From positions 27,964,001 through 28,028,000 of the forward strand of contig CM059432.1 of assembly GCA_030390025.1 (NCBI GenBank): a stretch of 64,000 nt of DNA. The letters are read 5' to 3'. This document shows positions 24,181 to 36,357 of the stretch, piece after piece. Source of the stretch: Squalus acanthias (taxonomy: Eukaryota). The notes under the pieces are model-generated. The model was not told where the DNA came from. It worked only from the letters and a program-made list of their open reading frames with translations, and ran no database searches. Positions within the stretch are counted from its first letter, which is position 1. Every line of letters begins with the position of its first letter. A program made the position numbers and the translations under genes.

Positions 24181-25462
24181 TCCTGAGGGAAAGTTCTGAA
24201 TAAGAACTCTTTGATCTGCAAAGGTAATTATGTAACACACCAAGTTGTTCATTTGCAACATCTCCACAGTAATTCTGGCTAAGATCAGCTAACTCAGAGC
24301 AGATGAAGGAGCTGTACCTAGGACGTTTCTGGTCTAGTCCAGATGGCGTATTTACCCACTTAACCATTGGTGAACTTCACTTAATTGACTTGCAGGATTC
24401 CTACGTTGTACTTGAGAAGTGTGTGATAAAATAAGTTTCCCCCCCCCACACCTCTGCTCCCCTTCCCCTGATCTTGCTGCTCAATGACATATACCATCAG
24501 CAAGCTTCTGACAAAGCTGTTCCATAGACTGTTTCCTTTGGCTCAGTTGGTTAAATAAATTGCCTGCTGTCCCGCCACAGCACATGTAATTTCAATCTGA
24601 CTGTGAGTGTGTGGCCACTGTAGAAAGAAGGGTAGTGCCTCTTTAAATTTGTGACATCTGCCAATGTAGAAAGAAAGGTTTGCCAAATGCGTTTTTTTTT
24701 AAAGAAAATAGTGGCCCTGAAAATCTGTGGGCTGTCAATCCTGTCAAAGTTTGCGGGGTCAGGGAGGGGACACTTAATTTAAATATTCTGGGCGAGCGCT
24801 ACACGGGATATAAGGGCTAATCTCAGGCATTCCTGACCGCCTGAGCAGGCCGGAAATTGCGGCGCTGGCTGTCAGCTTTGAGGAGGAGGGGGTTGGGGGT
24901 TGCCAGAGCCCCCTGCATCAGAAGTATGGATATAGTGCCCCATCGAATCCCTTTAAAGGGGGCCCAAAAACTGCTGTCAAAACTTTCAGATCTCTGGGTG
25001 GTCAAGGAGCAGGCTAGGACCCCTAGGCGAACCCTTTAAATTTATGATGTCTGCCAGTGAGAAAGAAAGGTTTGCCAAACGCTTTAAATAAAAAAGGAGA
25101 CAGCATATCTTTAAGTTTGCGATACTTTGAAAGTCTCAAATGTATATTTCTGATATTAAGGTAACCGTGGGCTGTCAGTGCAAGGAACACAAAGATCAAG
25201 AGAAGAAAAATATGTTTTTTCCACATGATTTGCTGGCTGCTATCAGCTATACAGAAGCAGGCATTTTATTTGGAATGAAGTGCTGAGAGAGTGGGAGCCA
25301 AGAGACAGTCACTTTAAGCCTGCAGGTCAATACCCTGTTCTTAAGAAAAAAAAGTGTTGATAATTTAACAATGTGACATGTCACTGGCTTTCAATACGGA
25401 GTGCTGGAAAAATATTTATGATCTCACTCTCTCTCTCTCTCTTTTTCTCTCTCACTCTCTCT

Positions 25463-26154
25463 GGCCTAGAAATTCGGTAGCAACCATTTTTGAGCGCCTT
25501 ACCCGCAAGAGTAAATGGGGAGGTCCGAGCAGCCCCGGATTTTGGGCCTTGGACCTCATTATCATGTAGATGGCGCAGCGGTAGGGGGCCCGCACAAGTT
25601 CGTGCGCTCATTTTCAGGTAAATGATTGGGTTAGATCGCGGGGGTCTGGAGAAGGAACGGCTGGGCCTCGGAGTTCGATCGGAGGGCTTTCGGGTAGGAA
25701 GATCGCGGGGGTCTGGAGTATTGTTGAGGGGTTGGGAACACTGACGGGGGTTCTAGGAGGTCGGGACGGGGGCTGAGGGGGGTGGAGATCGGGGGGCCTG
25801 GAAGTCGGAATCGGGAGTGAGGTCGGGGAGCTCGAGACCGGGAGCAGCGGTGATTATGGTAAGTACTTACCTTTTTTAAAATTCTGTGCTGTTTTCCCGG
25901 AGGCAATCAGTACTGGTGCAAACCAAAGTTGCAAGAGGGAGCAGAAGCAGGTGTTAAGCTCCTTATTTGCATATGTTAATGGCCTAATCGCTTGCTTCAG
26001 ACGTGGGTAAATGATGCTACTTGGCCTCTACCAAGATGGTGTCCGGCACGGCCCGCACTAGATGTGTGCACGCATGGCGCGGACGCCATTTTGAACATAA
26101 AACATCACCCATAGTCCTGAAAAACCGGGTGCTACGGAGCCGAATTTCTAGCCC
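25463..26154. mobile_element. Harbinger-type MITE, 692 bp, CpG-rich
   Basis: TIR GGCCTAGAAATTCGG / CCGAATTTCTAGCCC; TSD TCT on both sides. Confidence 0.9.
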
Positions 26155-27115
26155 TCTATCTTTCTCTCTCTCCCTTTATCTTTCTGTTCTGTGGAATACT
26201 TGGAACTACTTCTAGATTGTGTGAGTTTTATTGTAACTACTCACAGGATTATATAGGACATTTCTGTTCATTTTTTTCTCAAGGGCCACAATGACAAAAG
26301 TGTCTTGTTCATGGACCAGTCTCAGGACGGCTACAACATTAGTGATGGGTTGCACCTGATCTTCACTACACACCAAATTGCTGATTTCAAAACATGCTGC
26401 CCTGAGCAGCTGTCAAGTGGAGGCCGGGCACTTCCTCAGCTCCTATTATTCAGGTGGAGCCCTTTCACTTGCTCGGTGAATTCTGAGATAGGCTCCGCTT
26501 CACAATCGTATTCCTTTGACTAGAATACAAGAGATTGAATGCTGCTTCCAACAGCCAGGTGAGCTATGAGGGAGACTCAAGAACACTGGAAGCAGTAGCT
26601 CTCCGGTGGCCCCCGTGGGCAATAATCTGGATATCTCTGAAATAGAGACTTCAGATGAAAACACAGGTTGATGCATCTTTTCAGACACCACCCACCATTT
26701 TCTGATGAGCAAAGATACCAGGCTGGCAGGGCAGGGTACTGGTACTGGCTTGTGTGACAATATCTCTCCCTTTTGACAAATAAAGATGTCATTGCATCCA
26801 CCAGCTCTGAGAGCCATGTGCCAAAGTTAGTGGTGCCATACAGACCTCCTGACATCGAGCCAAACCTGTATCACTCTATCAGTTGTTTTTTTTTGTGCAT
26901 CTGCAATAATCAACCAGGTTACTTCTCCAAAATGTTCTTCTTTATCTACCCTACATTGCAAAGATGGTGACTCAGTTTGGGATGTGGTTCTATGAGGATT
27001 GTTGGCCAAAGTAGACAGGGCAGTGAGTATTGGCAGGCTACTAGACTGTGTGGGACATCACAGTCAAGTCCAATCCCACCCTCAGCCAACATACATACAT
27101 ACAAAGGCACACATA

Positions 27116-27854
27116 GGGGGAGAAATTGGGTACCTTTGCGCCTCCCGATAACAGGGCGCTAATCACTTACTGACCGGGTGTGGTGAGAAGATTGACTCCC
27201 GCTATATTCAGCAGGAGGTTTGCGGTGGCGGCATGGCGTTGCGCCCCGATCTCCTTCGCCTGGAGATCGTGACGTCATCGCCATGCGCATCGCCCCGGTA
27301 GCGCCCCGGACCCGAACTTCGGTTCCACCCCCTGCAGCATCGGCGGGTGAAAACACCGGCAGCTGCAGGAGGCGTTCATCGGGAGGCCGGGCGCTTCGGG
27401 GGCGATACTTAAAGGCGAGGTGACTGAGGGAAGTGGAAAAAATTCTCAAATGGTCTTTCTGTTTTTGTTTCATTTTTCTTCTCCCGCGATCAATCAGCCC
27501 GGCACTCTGCTGCAGTGTATCGGGCTGATCGGGCCGGATCGCGGCTGCCGTGGGGGACCAGGTAAGTTTTCCTCTTGCAGAGCCTGCAGCGATGGCCCTT
27601 CCCTTTAAGGGAGGGGAGGAGCCTTCCAACGCAGCGGCGCTGCACGGCCCAGTGTGCAGCGCTGCTCACCTACCGCCCCGCCTGCTGCCTACTGCGCTTC
27701 AGGAAGGAAGTGGAACGCTTGATTTAGCGCTCCACTTCCTTCCTGGAGCGCAAATCCGAATTTTTTAGAAGTTGAAAGACATTAGCGCCTGGCGCTAATT
27801 TTTCAACTTTTAAAAGTTAGCGCCACAAACGCGACGATACCGAATTTCTCCCCC
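27116..27854. mobile_element. Harbinger-type MITE, 739 bp, CpG-rich
   Basis: TIR GGGGGAGAAATT.GG / CCGAATTTCTCCCCC; flanks ATA/AAA; homologous in reverse orientation to 44566-45335. Confidence 0.88.
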
Positions 27855-27967
27855 AAAAACACATATTTCCATCATGGATCACTTGACAGCAATCAGCAGT
27901 TGGAAGCCTCACTGATTATCTATTTTCACCTTCCTAGCCTAGGAATACTAATGGCCACTGTACTTTG

Positions 27968-28342
27968 TTTAATTAATTCTCAGGACGTGGGCGTTGCTGA
28001 AAGGCCGGCCTTTTTTGCCCATCCTTAGTTGTCCTGAGGTGGTGACCTTCTTGATCCAGTATTGTTTGTAGTGGTTGGATACAAATCAGTGGTTTGCTAG
28101 ACCACTTCTGAGTCAACGATGTCGGTGTGGGACTGGAGCCGCATGTAGACCAGACCGGGTAAAGACGGCAAGTTTCCTTCCCTAAATGACATTAGTGAGC
28201 CCATTGGGTTTTTACGACAATCCAACAGCTTCATGGCCATATTCCAGATTTTTTAAGCAGAATTCAAATTTTCTAACTGCCATGGTAGGATTTGAACTCA
28301 TGTTCTCTGGATTACTAGTCCAGTAACATAACCAGTATACAA
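27968..28342 (-). mobile_element. tRNA-headed SINE with LINE-derived body and tail
   Basis: Minus strand: actggactagtaatccagag...gttcaaatcc head; body ctaatgtcatttagggaaggaaac; tail matches the 3' end of the LINE at 21890. Confidence 0.7.
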
Positions 28343-30480
28343 CTGTACCAATTTCCAGTATTGCTCTGGCCGAGATCAGACAACTCAGCACAGACCTGGC
28401 ATTGAACCTGGGATTTCCCTGGTCTGTACGATGCAGTTTCATACCACAAGACGAGTGCATTTCCCCGCTGAACTGAAGTGGACCACCCAGCTAATTGATA
28501 CCTCTCGCTTACCAAATGGCAGTTTCCTGGGCATTGACAGGGCAGTTTAGTAGCAACCAGCATCAGCGCACACATAGATTCAGCACTTTCTAACTAAAGG
28601 ATAGGCCTGCTGTACTGCTCAATGCGGCAGGAATTAGAATGTAAATGGGAAGTAACAGGAAGGAGTCTGATCTTTGGAATCCACTTTTATCTCAAAGGTT
28701 CACACCAAATCAAGGATGGACATGCTGTCTAAACTATATTTGAAAACAGTCTATTAATCATTAATGATACCTGGCTATCCACTGTAGCCCCTATACTAGA
28801 TGCATCTATGGAGGGACGTTGATCTAGATTGAATAGATTATAAAGTTAGATTGATGTTCAGTAGATTTACACAGTCACCTTAAGGGGTTAGAACTTTATC
28901 TTCTGAGAGGTTTTACCTGTTTCACCTCCCTCAGGAGTTTGAATGGCGGGAGTAGAATCTACAATCGGATGAATTGTATATGGTCCAAGGAAAGGCCTTG
29001 ATAGTTCGAATGGCCTTTTCTTGTTCCATGCTTTATTATTCTATGCTAGATTATTAGGATTATTATCAACAATTGGGTACATATTAGGAAATTATGCCCT
29101 CGGTGCAGAGCTGCACACACCAGGAAGACCATCTTGGGAATTCAGGCGTGCAGGTCAGCAGGCTGCATGCAATTTTTACACCCATTTGGCATCCTTTGTA
29201 AATTAAGGCCAATGGATATCAAGGGTAAGACATGGACGTGGGGAAGGAAAAGAAACGGGGGGGGGGGGTGCTGTCGTAAAGGGAACTAGATGGCATTGGG
29301 AAGGTATTGAGTGGAGTGTCCCAGGGATTCATGCTTCCTGGCGCAATTAACTGATCTGGTAATTTCAGTCACAGGGTGACTGCGAACTCAGAGGAGGGAG
29401 CCAATATTTTACAAAGAGAGCTGGACCAGGTTTGCACCTGTGCTGCTCAAAACCCAAGGCACTGCATGTCAGAAGTAAACATAGTAGGGATGTGAGGGAT
29501 AGATCTTGCCAAGGGGGAAGTTGAAAGACTCAGGGGGCTAAGTGGGCAGAAATCTCACGTAATGGAGCTCCGCCCTTTTTCTGGTCAGTTTCGTTCGTCA
29601 AACAGGCATAACCAATTGTAAACTCTGACCTGATGTGTGACAAATCAACAGCCCTAGGGTACTGCATATCAAAGGTAAACATAGGAGGCCTGTGCGTTAC
29701 AACCTGTAATGCAGCAGAACGTGAACGCTGCAGAATTCAAATTCAAAACGTGGTCATATGGCTGGCAACAGAAAAAAATAGGGACAGCGCTTGAAAAATA
29801 TTTTTGCTTGGGACGTGATACTTCCACAAAATGTATGGGCGTGACACAACCACAGATTGCAAAATGAGTGCTCTGCTCTGTTTACTCTGCTCAAAAATAC
29901 AAAACTAATTGCTGGTTCTCAGAATTCCAGACTCCTTGGCTCAGGCAGGCTGAAGAAGGAGCTGTTATATTACCTGTCTTTATGGCCCTCACCACCTGTT
30001 TGCATTGAGCATCCCCATTGCAGCCTGTCTCACTCATCACTCACTTCAACCTGTAGGTTAGGCTAAAAAAAAATCTCGTAGAGTATATTTTCCTCCCTGC
30101 GCACAATTAAAGACCCTTCCTTTGCTGTAAACCGTCATTGGCTTATAATGATCGATTTGTAAAAGCATTTTCTCTTGACTCTCAGCTTGACTCATTTGGT
30201 AAGTATCTCACCTCTGGGTTAGAAGGTTATGGGTTTACAAAGTTCAGTACAGATGAGATCATTAGCACTATGCTGACTCCTAACGTTATGTCACGTCTAA
30301 ACTCTGTTCAGCGTGTGTAAGGTTCAGCTTTCACCAATATGTGCATTTAACCATCATTATTTATTTAACCTCTTGATATGTTGTTCAGTACTATCCTTTC
30401 ACAGAAACCTGCGATTTCCTCCCCATCACAGCATTTCTAAAAAATGCCAGCATGGGTCAGTGATAACATTCTCACTGCTC

Positions 30481-30910
30481 ACAACAACAATGTGCATTTG
30501 TATAGTGCTTTTAACGTAGTAAAACATCCCAAGATGCTTCACAGGAAAGTCATCAGACAAAAATGAGCCAAATAAGGGGACATTAGGACAGGTGACCAAA
30601 AGCTTAGTCAAAGAGGTAGGCTTTAAGGAGCGTCTTAAAGGAGAAAGAGATGGAGAGGCGGTGAGGTAATTCCAGAGCTTAGGGTCTAGACGGCTGAAGG
30701 CACTGTCGCCAATGGTGGGCCGAAGGAAATGGAGGATACACAAGAGGCAAGAATTTGAGGAATGCAGAATTCTCGAAGGGTTGTAGGGATGGAGGAGGTT
30801 ACAGAGATAGGGAGGGGCGATTCCATGGAGGGATTTCAACACGAGGATGAGAATTTTCAAATCGTGGCGTTGTTGGGCCAGGAGTCAATGTAGGTCAACA
30901 GGACTTGGTG
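30481..30910 (-). mobile_element. L2 LINE 3' fragment
   Basis: KILILVLKSLHGIAPPYLCNLL...PKLWN, with a (TTG)n-type tail. Confidence 0.88.
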
Positions 30911-31120
30911 TTGAGTCAAAAAGTTTGTGAGTTCTTCTTCTTGAAGCAATTAATCAATATAAAGAATGAAGCTCTGCACTCAAGTTAAACGGAGGGTGTA
31001 CGTATGTCAACTTGGCAGTGAAGTCGAGCCATATGAAAATAATCATTTAAGAAGTCCAATTCACACAAAGCCAAAGCCTCCCTCTGGCGTGAGTCCAGGA
31101 GCTGCTTCTAGGCACGCTAT

Positions 31121-31299
31121 GGGGGTGAACTTTTGTGAGGTTTCTCCCACTCGTCTGCCCTAAACTTTGGGAAGAAGAACTGCAGAAAGGGCCAGATAAT
31201 AGAGCATAAATGCCATTTACACCGTATTCTCTTGGCTTCACGGTTTTTCCTGCAATGTTACGGTCGATGAATGAGAGAAACCTCTGTGAAATTTAACCC
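31121..31299. mobile_element. Old palindromic MITE
   Basis: Left gggtgaacttttgtgaggtttctcccactcgtc versus right-end reverse complement gggttaaatttcacagaggtttctctcattcatc. Confidence 0.6.
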
Positions 31300-31640
31300 A
31301 CTATAGGTCTCCCCACCAAATTGCACAAGAGTTGGCAGCTGACAAGCTAACATGGGCTAACATACTTAGGGACAAAGGCCCCGATATTAACTGAAAGATC
31401 TGCTCGGAGTGGGAGGGTCCGATATCGCGTGGGAAACCGGGAAGTATATACAGCGGGTCTGTCAGTGGCTTTTTAACTCAGCCACCTCATTATAATTTTA
31501 ATTCCGGGTTTGGCATCCAATGCATGGTATCAGGTGTGATGAGGACCCGCATGACGCGATCTCAACTCCAGTATTTAAAAGGCCAATCAAAAGATGCAGA
31601 TTGGAGGAGTTGGAGCTGAGAAGAGAGGAGCAACTTCAAC

Positions 31641-32311
31641 AATGGATTCGAGACATTCAAAGGCTGCGCCCCAGCTTACTGATGCCTCCCTTGATGTGCT
31701 GCTGGGTGCTGTGAGGAGCCAGAGGGACATACTATTCCCCAGCAATGGGAGAAAACCTGTGTCAGAAATGAAGAAGGCGCGGTTGGAGATTGCCCAGGAG
31801 GTAAGCAGCAGGAGCGTAATGCCACGCTCCTAGATGCAGTGCAGGACGCGGTTTAATGACCTAACCAGGTCAGGAAAGATGAGTACAGTTGCACATTCAC
31901 CTACATCCTGCTGTGCGCATCACCCTCACTCTGCCTTCTCAAGCCTACCCCATCATATCACTCCTCACACTCACTTACCTTGAAGGTGCACCCATCCTTC
32001 TCTATCTGTTCACTTCCTCACATCCCCATCTATCCAACCAACATTGCCACTCACTGCAATTTGATGCCTCTCCCTGATAGTCACCCTCACCAAATGTACT
32101 CCATCCATTGGGTGAACACATGCCATTACATTCACTCATAGGTCTGTTCTTTCCCTCGTTGCAAGAGAAGACAAAACATGAGGGAGAGGGAGAGAACTGG
32201 AGGTGGTCCTCCAAACATCTCGCAACTGACAAGCGCAGATGAGGAGGCAGTGGAAGTCGTTGGAGTTTCAGCGTTCCTGGCCTTTGGAGTTGGGGAGCTC
32301 CTAGCTACCTG
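31641..32311 (+). pseudogene. Harbinger Myb/SANT-like gene, exons 1-2
   Basis: MDSRHSKAAPQLTDASLDVLLGAVRSQRDILFPSNGRKPVSEMKKARLEIAQEVSSRSVMPRS*MQCRTRFNDLTRSGK (donor mutated to atgagt). Exon 2 reads RERERTGGGPPNISQLTSADEEAVEVVG and ends CCTG|gtgaca as at 8597. Confidence 0.88.
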
Positions 32312-32329
32312 GTGACACAATTAAATATT

Positions 32330-33290
32330 AGCCAGCTATGGCCGGAAACCAGAGCGCCCGCTCATTCTGACTGTCGTCATCACAGGCGAAGTTGACATAA
32401 TTGCCTGCACTGGCAAACAAGCCATCAGTCACCTGTCTTTTGCATTTGTGGGCCGCTGACTGGGAGATCCTGGATATGTCTTCGCAGGATCCAGAACAAT
32501 GTTCCCTCTAAAGTTCAATAAGCCAGCACTGATGCCATGGAAAACTATTAGGACTGCAAAACTACTATCTTTCCATTGTTGCACCCTTTTTAATAAGAGA
32601 ATGTGCAGTAGGTCTGATCCAAGCTGCACTCTTCAATTGAGTAAAATGATCACTATATGTCTCCTGTCTATATGATGTCAAACCAAGGTTTGTGTATTTG
32701 CTGTAACATCTAAAAAGACAGGTAGACTTGGCCGTTGTCGACAAGTAAAACGCACAGGTATTTGCTGCTGGCACTAATGTGGGCGTGTTGGGCACATTTG
32801 GGCACATCTTGCGCGCGGCCTGTTTATTTCAAAGCGCGGTCCCTTTAAATTTCTGCGCATCCGCGATACTTCAAATGGAAAGTTTTGTGAGCGGCCTGCT
32901 GCGGTACCTTGCAGATCACTGCGTGGCCGAGCACGCGCACAGCTCAGCGGGAACAGTGATCCAGAGCAAAAAAGCTGAGGGCAGTGGTGACTTTGACAGC
33001 CACTGGTAATGCGTGGCCACCACCTGACATGACAACCTGAGGCTCCTGAGACACTGCTATTCAGACATGTCAAGGAAACTTGGCATCTGCCTGTAGACCC
33101 TGTTTTCGCTGTTAGTGTCTTCTGTGAGCTGCACTGATTCTGCTGCTCCGCTCTCTCTGCTGCTCCCCTCTCTGCAGCTCCCATCTCAGCTGTCCAGCTA
33201 CAGGTTTCTGAACAGCATGCTGGTGCTGGTAGCTGGACATATTGGTCCTCGTCCGAGGTTCAATCGAAGGCAGTCATAGCACCACCCATT
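32330..33290 (-). pseudogene. HARBI1-type transposase N-terminal/HTH half, disrupted
   Basis: NRVYRQMPSFLDMSE*QCLRSLRLS, LPVAVKVTTALSFF, then after the hAT insert DISRISQSAAHKCKRQVTDGLFASAGNYVNF...ERALWFPAIAG. Confidence 0.85.
32497..32958. mobile_element. hAT-type MITE, 462 bp
   Basis: TIR CAATGTTCCCTCT / AGCGGGAACAGTG; 8-bp TSD ATCCAGAA (32489-32496) and ATCCAGAG (32959-32966). Confidence 0.85.
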
Positions 33291-33904
33291 CTAATATGAT
33301 TGAGAAAACCACTCTAATGTGATTGAGAAAAGCTCCAAAGTGTAGAAGGTAACCTCTCAGCAAAAGTACTGTGAACAAACCCTTTCCCACGAGCAGGTAA
33401 GAAAGCAACTGTGAGTACTGAGTATTTATTGCAGAATTTCCTTGAGTTTCATTCAGCCCCCTCAATTGCGACTGTGTTCTCGCCTTGCCTTCACTGATGA
33501 CTTTCAGGAAGCCCGGGCAACCCGTGGATGCGCCGCTAAATTTGAATCTGAGTTGAAGTATCGCTCTAATTGAGCGATTAACATATGTTAATAGGCAACC
33601 TGCCTCTCCTGAGGGGGTTGTGCGCAGGCAGCCTAACGTGCTCCAGTTAAACCTGGAAGGCGGTGGGTTGGAGCCGGCTTACCAATGTGCTGACATTTTT
33701 GCCGGTTTTAACCTCCCACCTGCACCCAAACCCAGACGCTCCTCCAGATTAAAATTCCCCTCAAAGTTTCGAATCTTATTTTTATATTACTGGATTGCTT
33801 CAAGTAGAATCATACGAACATATGAAAATGATGGGCAGGAATAGATCAGCTAGTCCATCAAGCCTGCCCACACTAGTGATGGCTGTCAAACTGTCATAAA
33901 ATAC

Positions 33905-34144
33905 AAACTGGTTCATTAATGTTCTTTAGGGAAGGAAACCTGCTGTCCTTACCTGGTCCAGCCTAGATGTGACTCCAGTCCCACACCAAATTGGGTTACT
34001 CTTAACTATCCTCTGAGGTGGCCTAGCAAATCCACTCAGTTGTATCAAACTGCTTCAAGAAGGCGGCCCACCACCAGGTCAACTAGGGGTGGGCAATAAA
34101 TGCCAGCCTTGCTATGCCCACATCCTGAGAATGAATTAAAAAAA
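33905..34144 (+). mobile_element. Headless SINE or bipartite LINE derivative (LINE 5' body joined to LINE 3' tail)
   Basis: Body matches 52205-52365; tail cttcaagaaggcggcccaccacc...gggcaataaatgccagccttgct matches the 3' end of the LINE at 21890. Confidence 0.75.
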
Positions 34145-34186
34145 CAGTTGGGAAGGTCCCCTGAAGTCTTGCTGTAGTTTTCTTAC

Positions 34187-34294
34187 CTGTGTTGAGAAAG
34201 ACTTCCTGGTACGTGGTACATGAAGATATTGGCTTGTGTGCTGTTGGCCCAGTGAGCAGCCATCTTTACAACAGGGCAGATGATGAAATAGTCC
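34187..34294 (-). CDS. TG: Thyroglobulin coding exon (next ChEL-domain exon; appears equivalent to human exon 45)
   Basis: Acceptor ttctttctctacag|G, donor CAG|gtaaga; 108 bp. Phase-2 compatible with the previous exon (CG|G = Arg). Translates (R)DYFIICPVVKMAAHWANSTQANIFMYHVPGSLSQHS, matching TG 'RDYFIICPIIDMASAWAKRARGNVFMYHAP'. Confidence 0.96.
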
Positions 34295-34337
34295 CTGTAG
34301 AGAAAGAATACAAATACAGACTTTGATATCAGGCCAG

Positions 34338-35020
34338 AGATAGGAACATAGGAACATAGGAGTAGGCCATTCAGCCCCTCGAGCCTGTTTCACCATTCAG
34401 CTAGATCATGCCTGATCTGTATCTTAAATCCATTGACCCGCCTTGGTTCCAAATTGACATTTTCCATTGACCTAGCCTCAACAGCTTTCTGCGAGAAGAG
34501 AGTTCTAGATTTGCACTACCCTTTTTATGAAGAAGTGCTTCTTGACATCGCCCCTGAACAGCCTAGCTCTAATTTTAAGGTGATGTCCCCTTATTGTGGA
34601 CACCCCCACCAGAGGAAATAATTTCTCTCTATCTTCACTATTAAATCCATTAATCATCTTAGACATCAATTAATTCACCCTTTAATCTTCAATACTCGAG
34701 GAAATACAAGCCTAGTCTTTGCAACCTGTCCTCATAATTTAACCCTTTTAGCCCCGGTATCATTCTGGTGAATTCTTGGCACCCCCTCCAAGGCCAATAT
34801 ATTCTTCCTGAGGTGCGGTGCCCAGAATTGATCGCAGAACTTTAGATGCGGTCTAGCCAGAGCTCTATACAACTGTAGCATAACTTCCACCCCTTTGTAT
34901 TCCAGACTCCGTTAGCCTTTTAAATTCTTTTTTTGTACCTGTCCACCATTTCTTAGTGATTTCTGTCCATGGACATCTAAATCTCTCTGCTCCCCCACAG
35001 TTCCTAGCTTCCCACCATTT
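34338..35020 (-). mobile_element. CR1 3' fragment directly upstream of the TG exon acceptor
   Basis: ataggaacataggaacatagg tail and decayed ORF2 C-terminus. Confidence 0.85.
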
Positions 35021-35799
35021 GCCGCCCAAACTGCGGTCGGTATTCTCAGGTGCTTGGGCCAAACCAGCGGTCACTAATGGGACTGCTGGAGGCTGCCACT
35101 CAAAAGGTAAGTTTGAACTTTTTTACTTACCTCATTGTGGAGCTAGGAAGAGCAGGAGTGCTCTTCCCAGCTCCACATTAAATGCACAGGCTACAGCCAG
35201 CCACCGCTCACTCCCCCCTTCCGATTCCCTCCACCTCCCCCCGCACTGTCCTGAGGACCTTGGTCGGTGTCCGGGCCGGCTAATATTTCTGGCCCTCTGT
35301 GACTGGCGAGCTGCCTCTGGGGCTGCGAAAACACTGAAAAGTACAACTTTTGAACTTTATCTGAGGTGAATTTGACAGGAAGAGCGATGTAACTATATTT
35401 AAGCAGTTGTTTGTGCAACTACGTTACAGTACATTTGCAGTTTTATTTATGGAACTGTGGTATGGGAGGGGAACAAATTTATTTCTTTACTTATCTACCT
35501 TCAGTAAGTTAGCAAAACACTATTTAGTTTCCTTGAAAACACTTATTTCATTGTCTCTAAGCACATTTCTCGTAAACTTCTTTTCCAATCTTTTCAGTGG
35601 CTATGTTTACCCACCCCTCACTCCCGTAACTTGGCAGCCCACTTTGGAACAAGATCATAAGATACTTGGGATGAGGAAAGCCATTTGGCCCATCTTAATC
35701 TATTTATCCAGAACAATCCCCCATTGCAGCATCCAATTGTTTCTTAAATGATTGCCAGGTTTTTTACTCTACAGTACTTTGCCCGATTACTCTCTTCGT

Positions 35800-36150
35800 G
35801 TGTCAGTTGTGGCTCAGTGAGTAGCACCCTTGACTCTGAATCAGAAGGTTGTGAGTTCATGTCCCACTTCAGGGACTTGAGCACAAAAATCTAGGCTGAC
35901 ACTCCAGTGCAGAGGTGGCGTCTTTTGGATGAGACGTTAAAAACCGAGGCCCTGTCTGCTCTCTCAGGTGGATGTAAAAGATCCTATGGCACTATTTCAA
36001 AGAAGAGCAGGGAAGTTATCCCCTGTGTCCTAGTCAGTATTTATTCATCACTAAAGAACAGATTATCTGGTCATTATCATATTGCTGTTTGTGGGAGCTT
36101 GCTGTGTGCAAATTTGGCTGCCGCGTTTCCTACATTACAACAGTGACTAT
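35800..36150 (+). mobile_element. DeuSINE (SacSINE1-like), 3'-truncated
   Basis: A-box-like tggctcagtgagtag, B-box-like gttcatgtccc, Deu-like core gatgagacgttaaa...aagatcc.atggcactattt. Confidence 0.85.
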
Positions 36151-36252
36151 AGTCTTTCTTTAAGAAGAACTTACTGTGACATAAAGTTACATTTTACTAG
36201 TTTGAGCCTGTGTTCCATTGTCCTACTTCCACTGCTTAATTTAAAATATTAA

Positions 36253-36355
36253 GGCCTAAAAATTCGGTTGCTTTGCGCCAATTGTTAGCATCCTAAGAGT
36301 AGCGCCCCGGCGAAGTTAGCGCCCCAAAGGGGGGCGCGACTAAATTTTTCCCCCC
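36253..36355. mobile_element. ~100-bp minimal Harbinger-type MITE
   Basis: GGCCTAAAAATTCGG ... AATTTTTCCCCC, the same end pair as 12521-12675. Confidence 0.7.
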
Positions 36356-36357
36356 TA

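Larger units (their letters stand above)
31377..33762. mobile_element. Internally deleted PIF/Harbinger element with a nested hAT MITE
   Basis: Ends GGCCCCGATATTAA / TTAAAATTCCCCTC with AAA on both flanks. Myb exons 1-2 on + and the transposase 5' half on -. Confidence 0.82.

Noticed and set aside
25463..27854. CpG-island-like stretches as host promoters
   Set aside because: They coincide exactly with TIR-bounded MITEs.
1..34186. Remaining TG exons and a nested antisense SLA gene
   Set aside because: I found no sequence encoding the next TG exon (LGLPF...YFSHFIRSG-like) or SH3/SH2 motifs. In human, SLA lies in an earlier TG intron, which would be beyond the right edge of this window.
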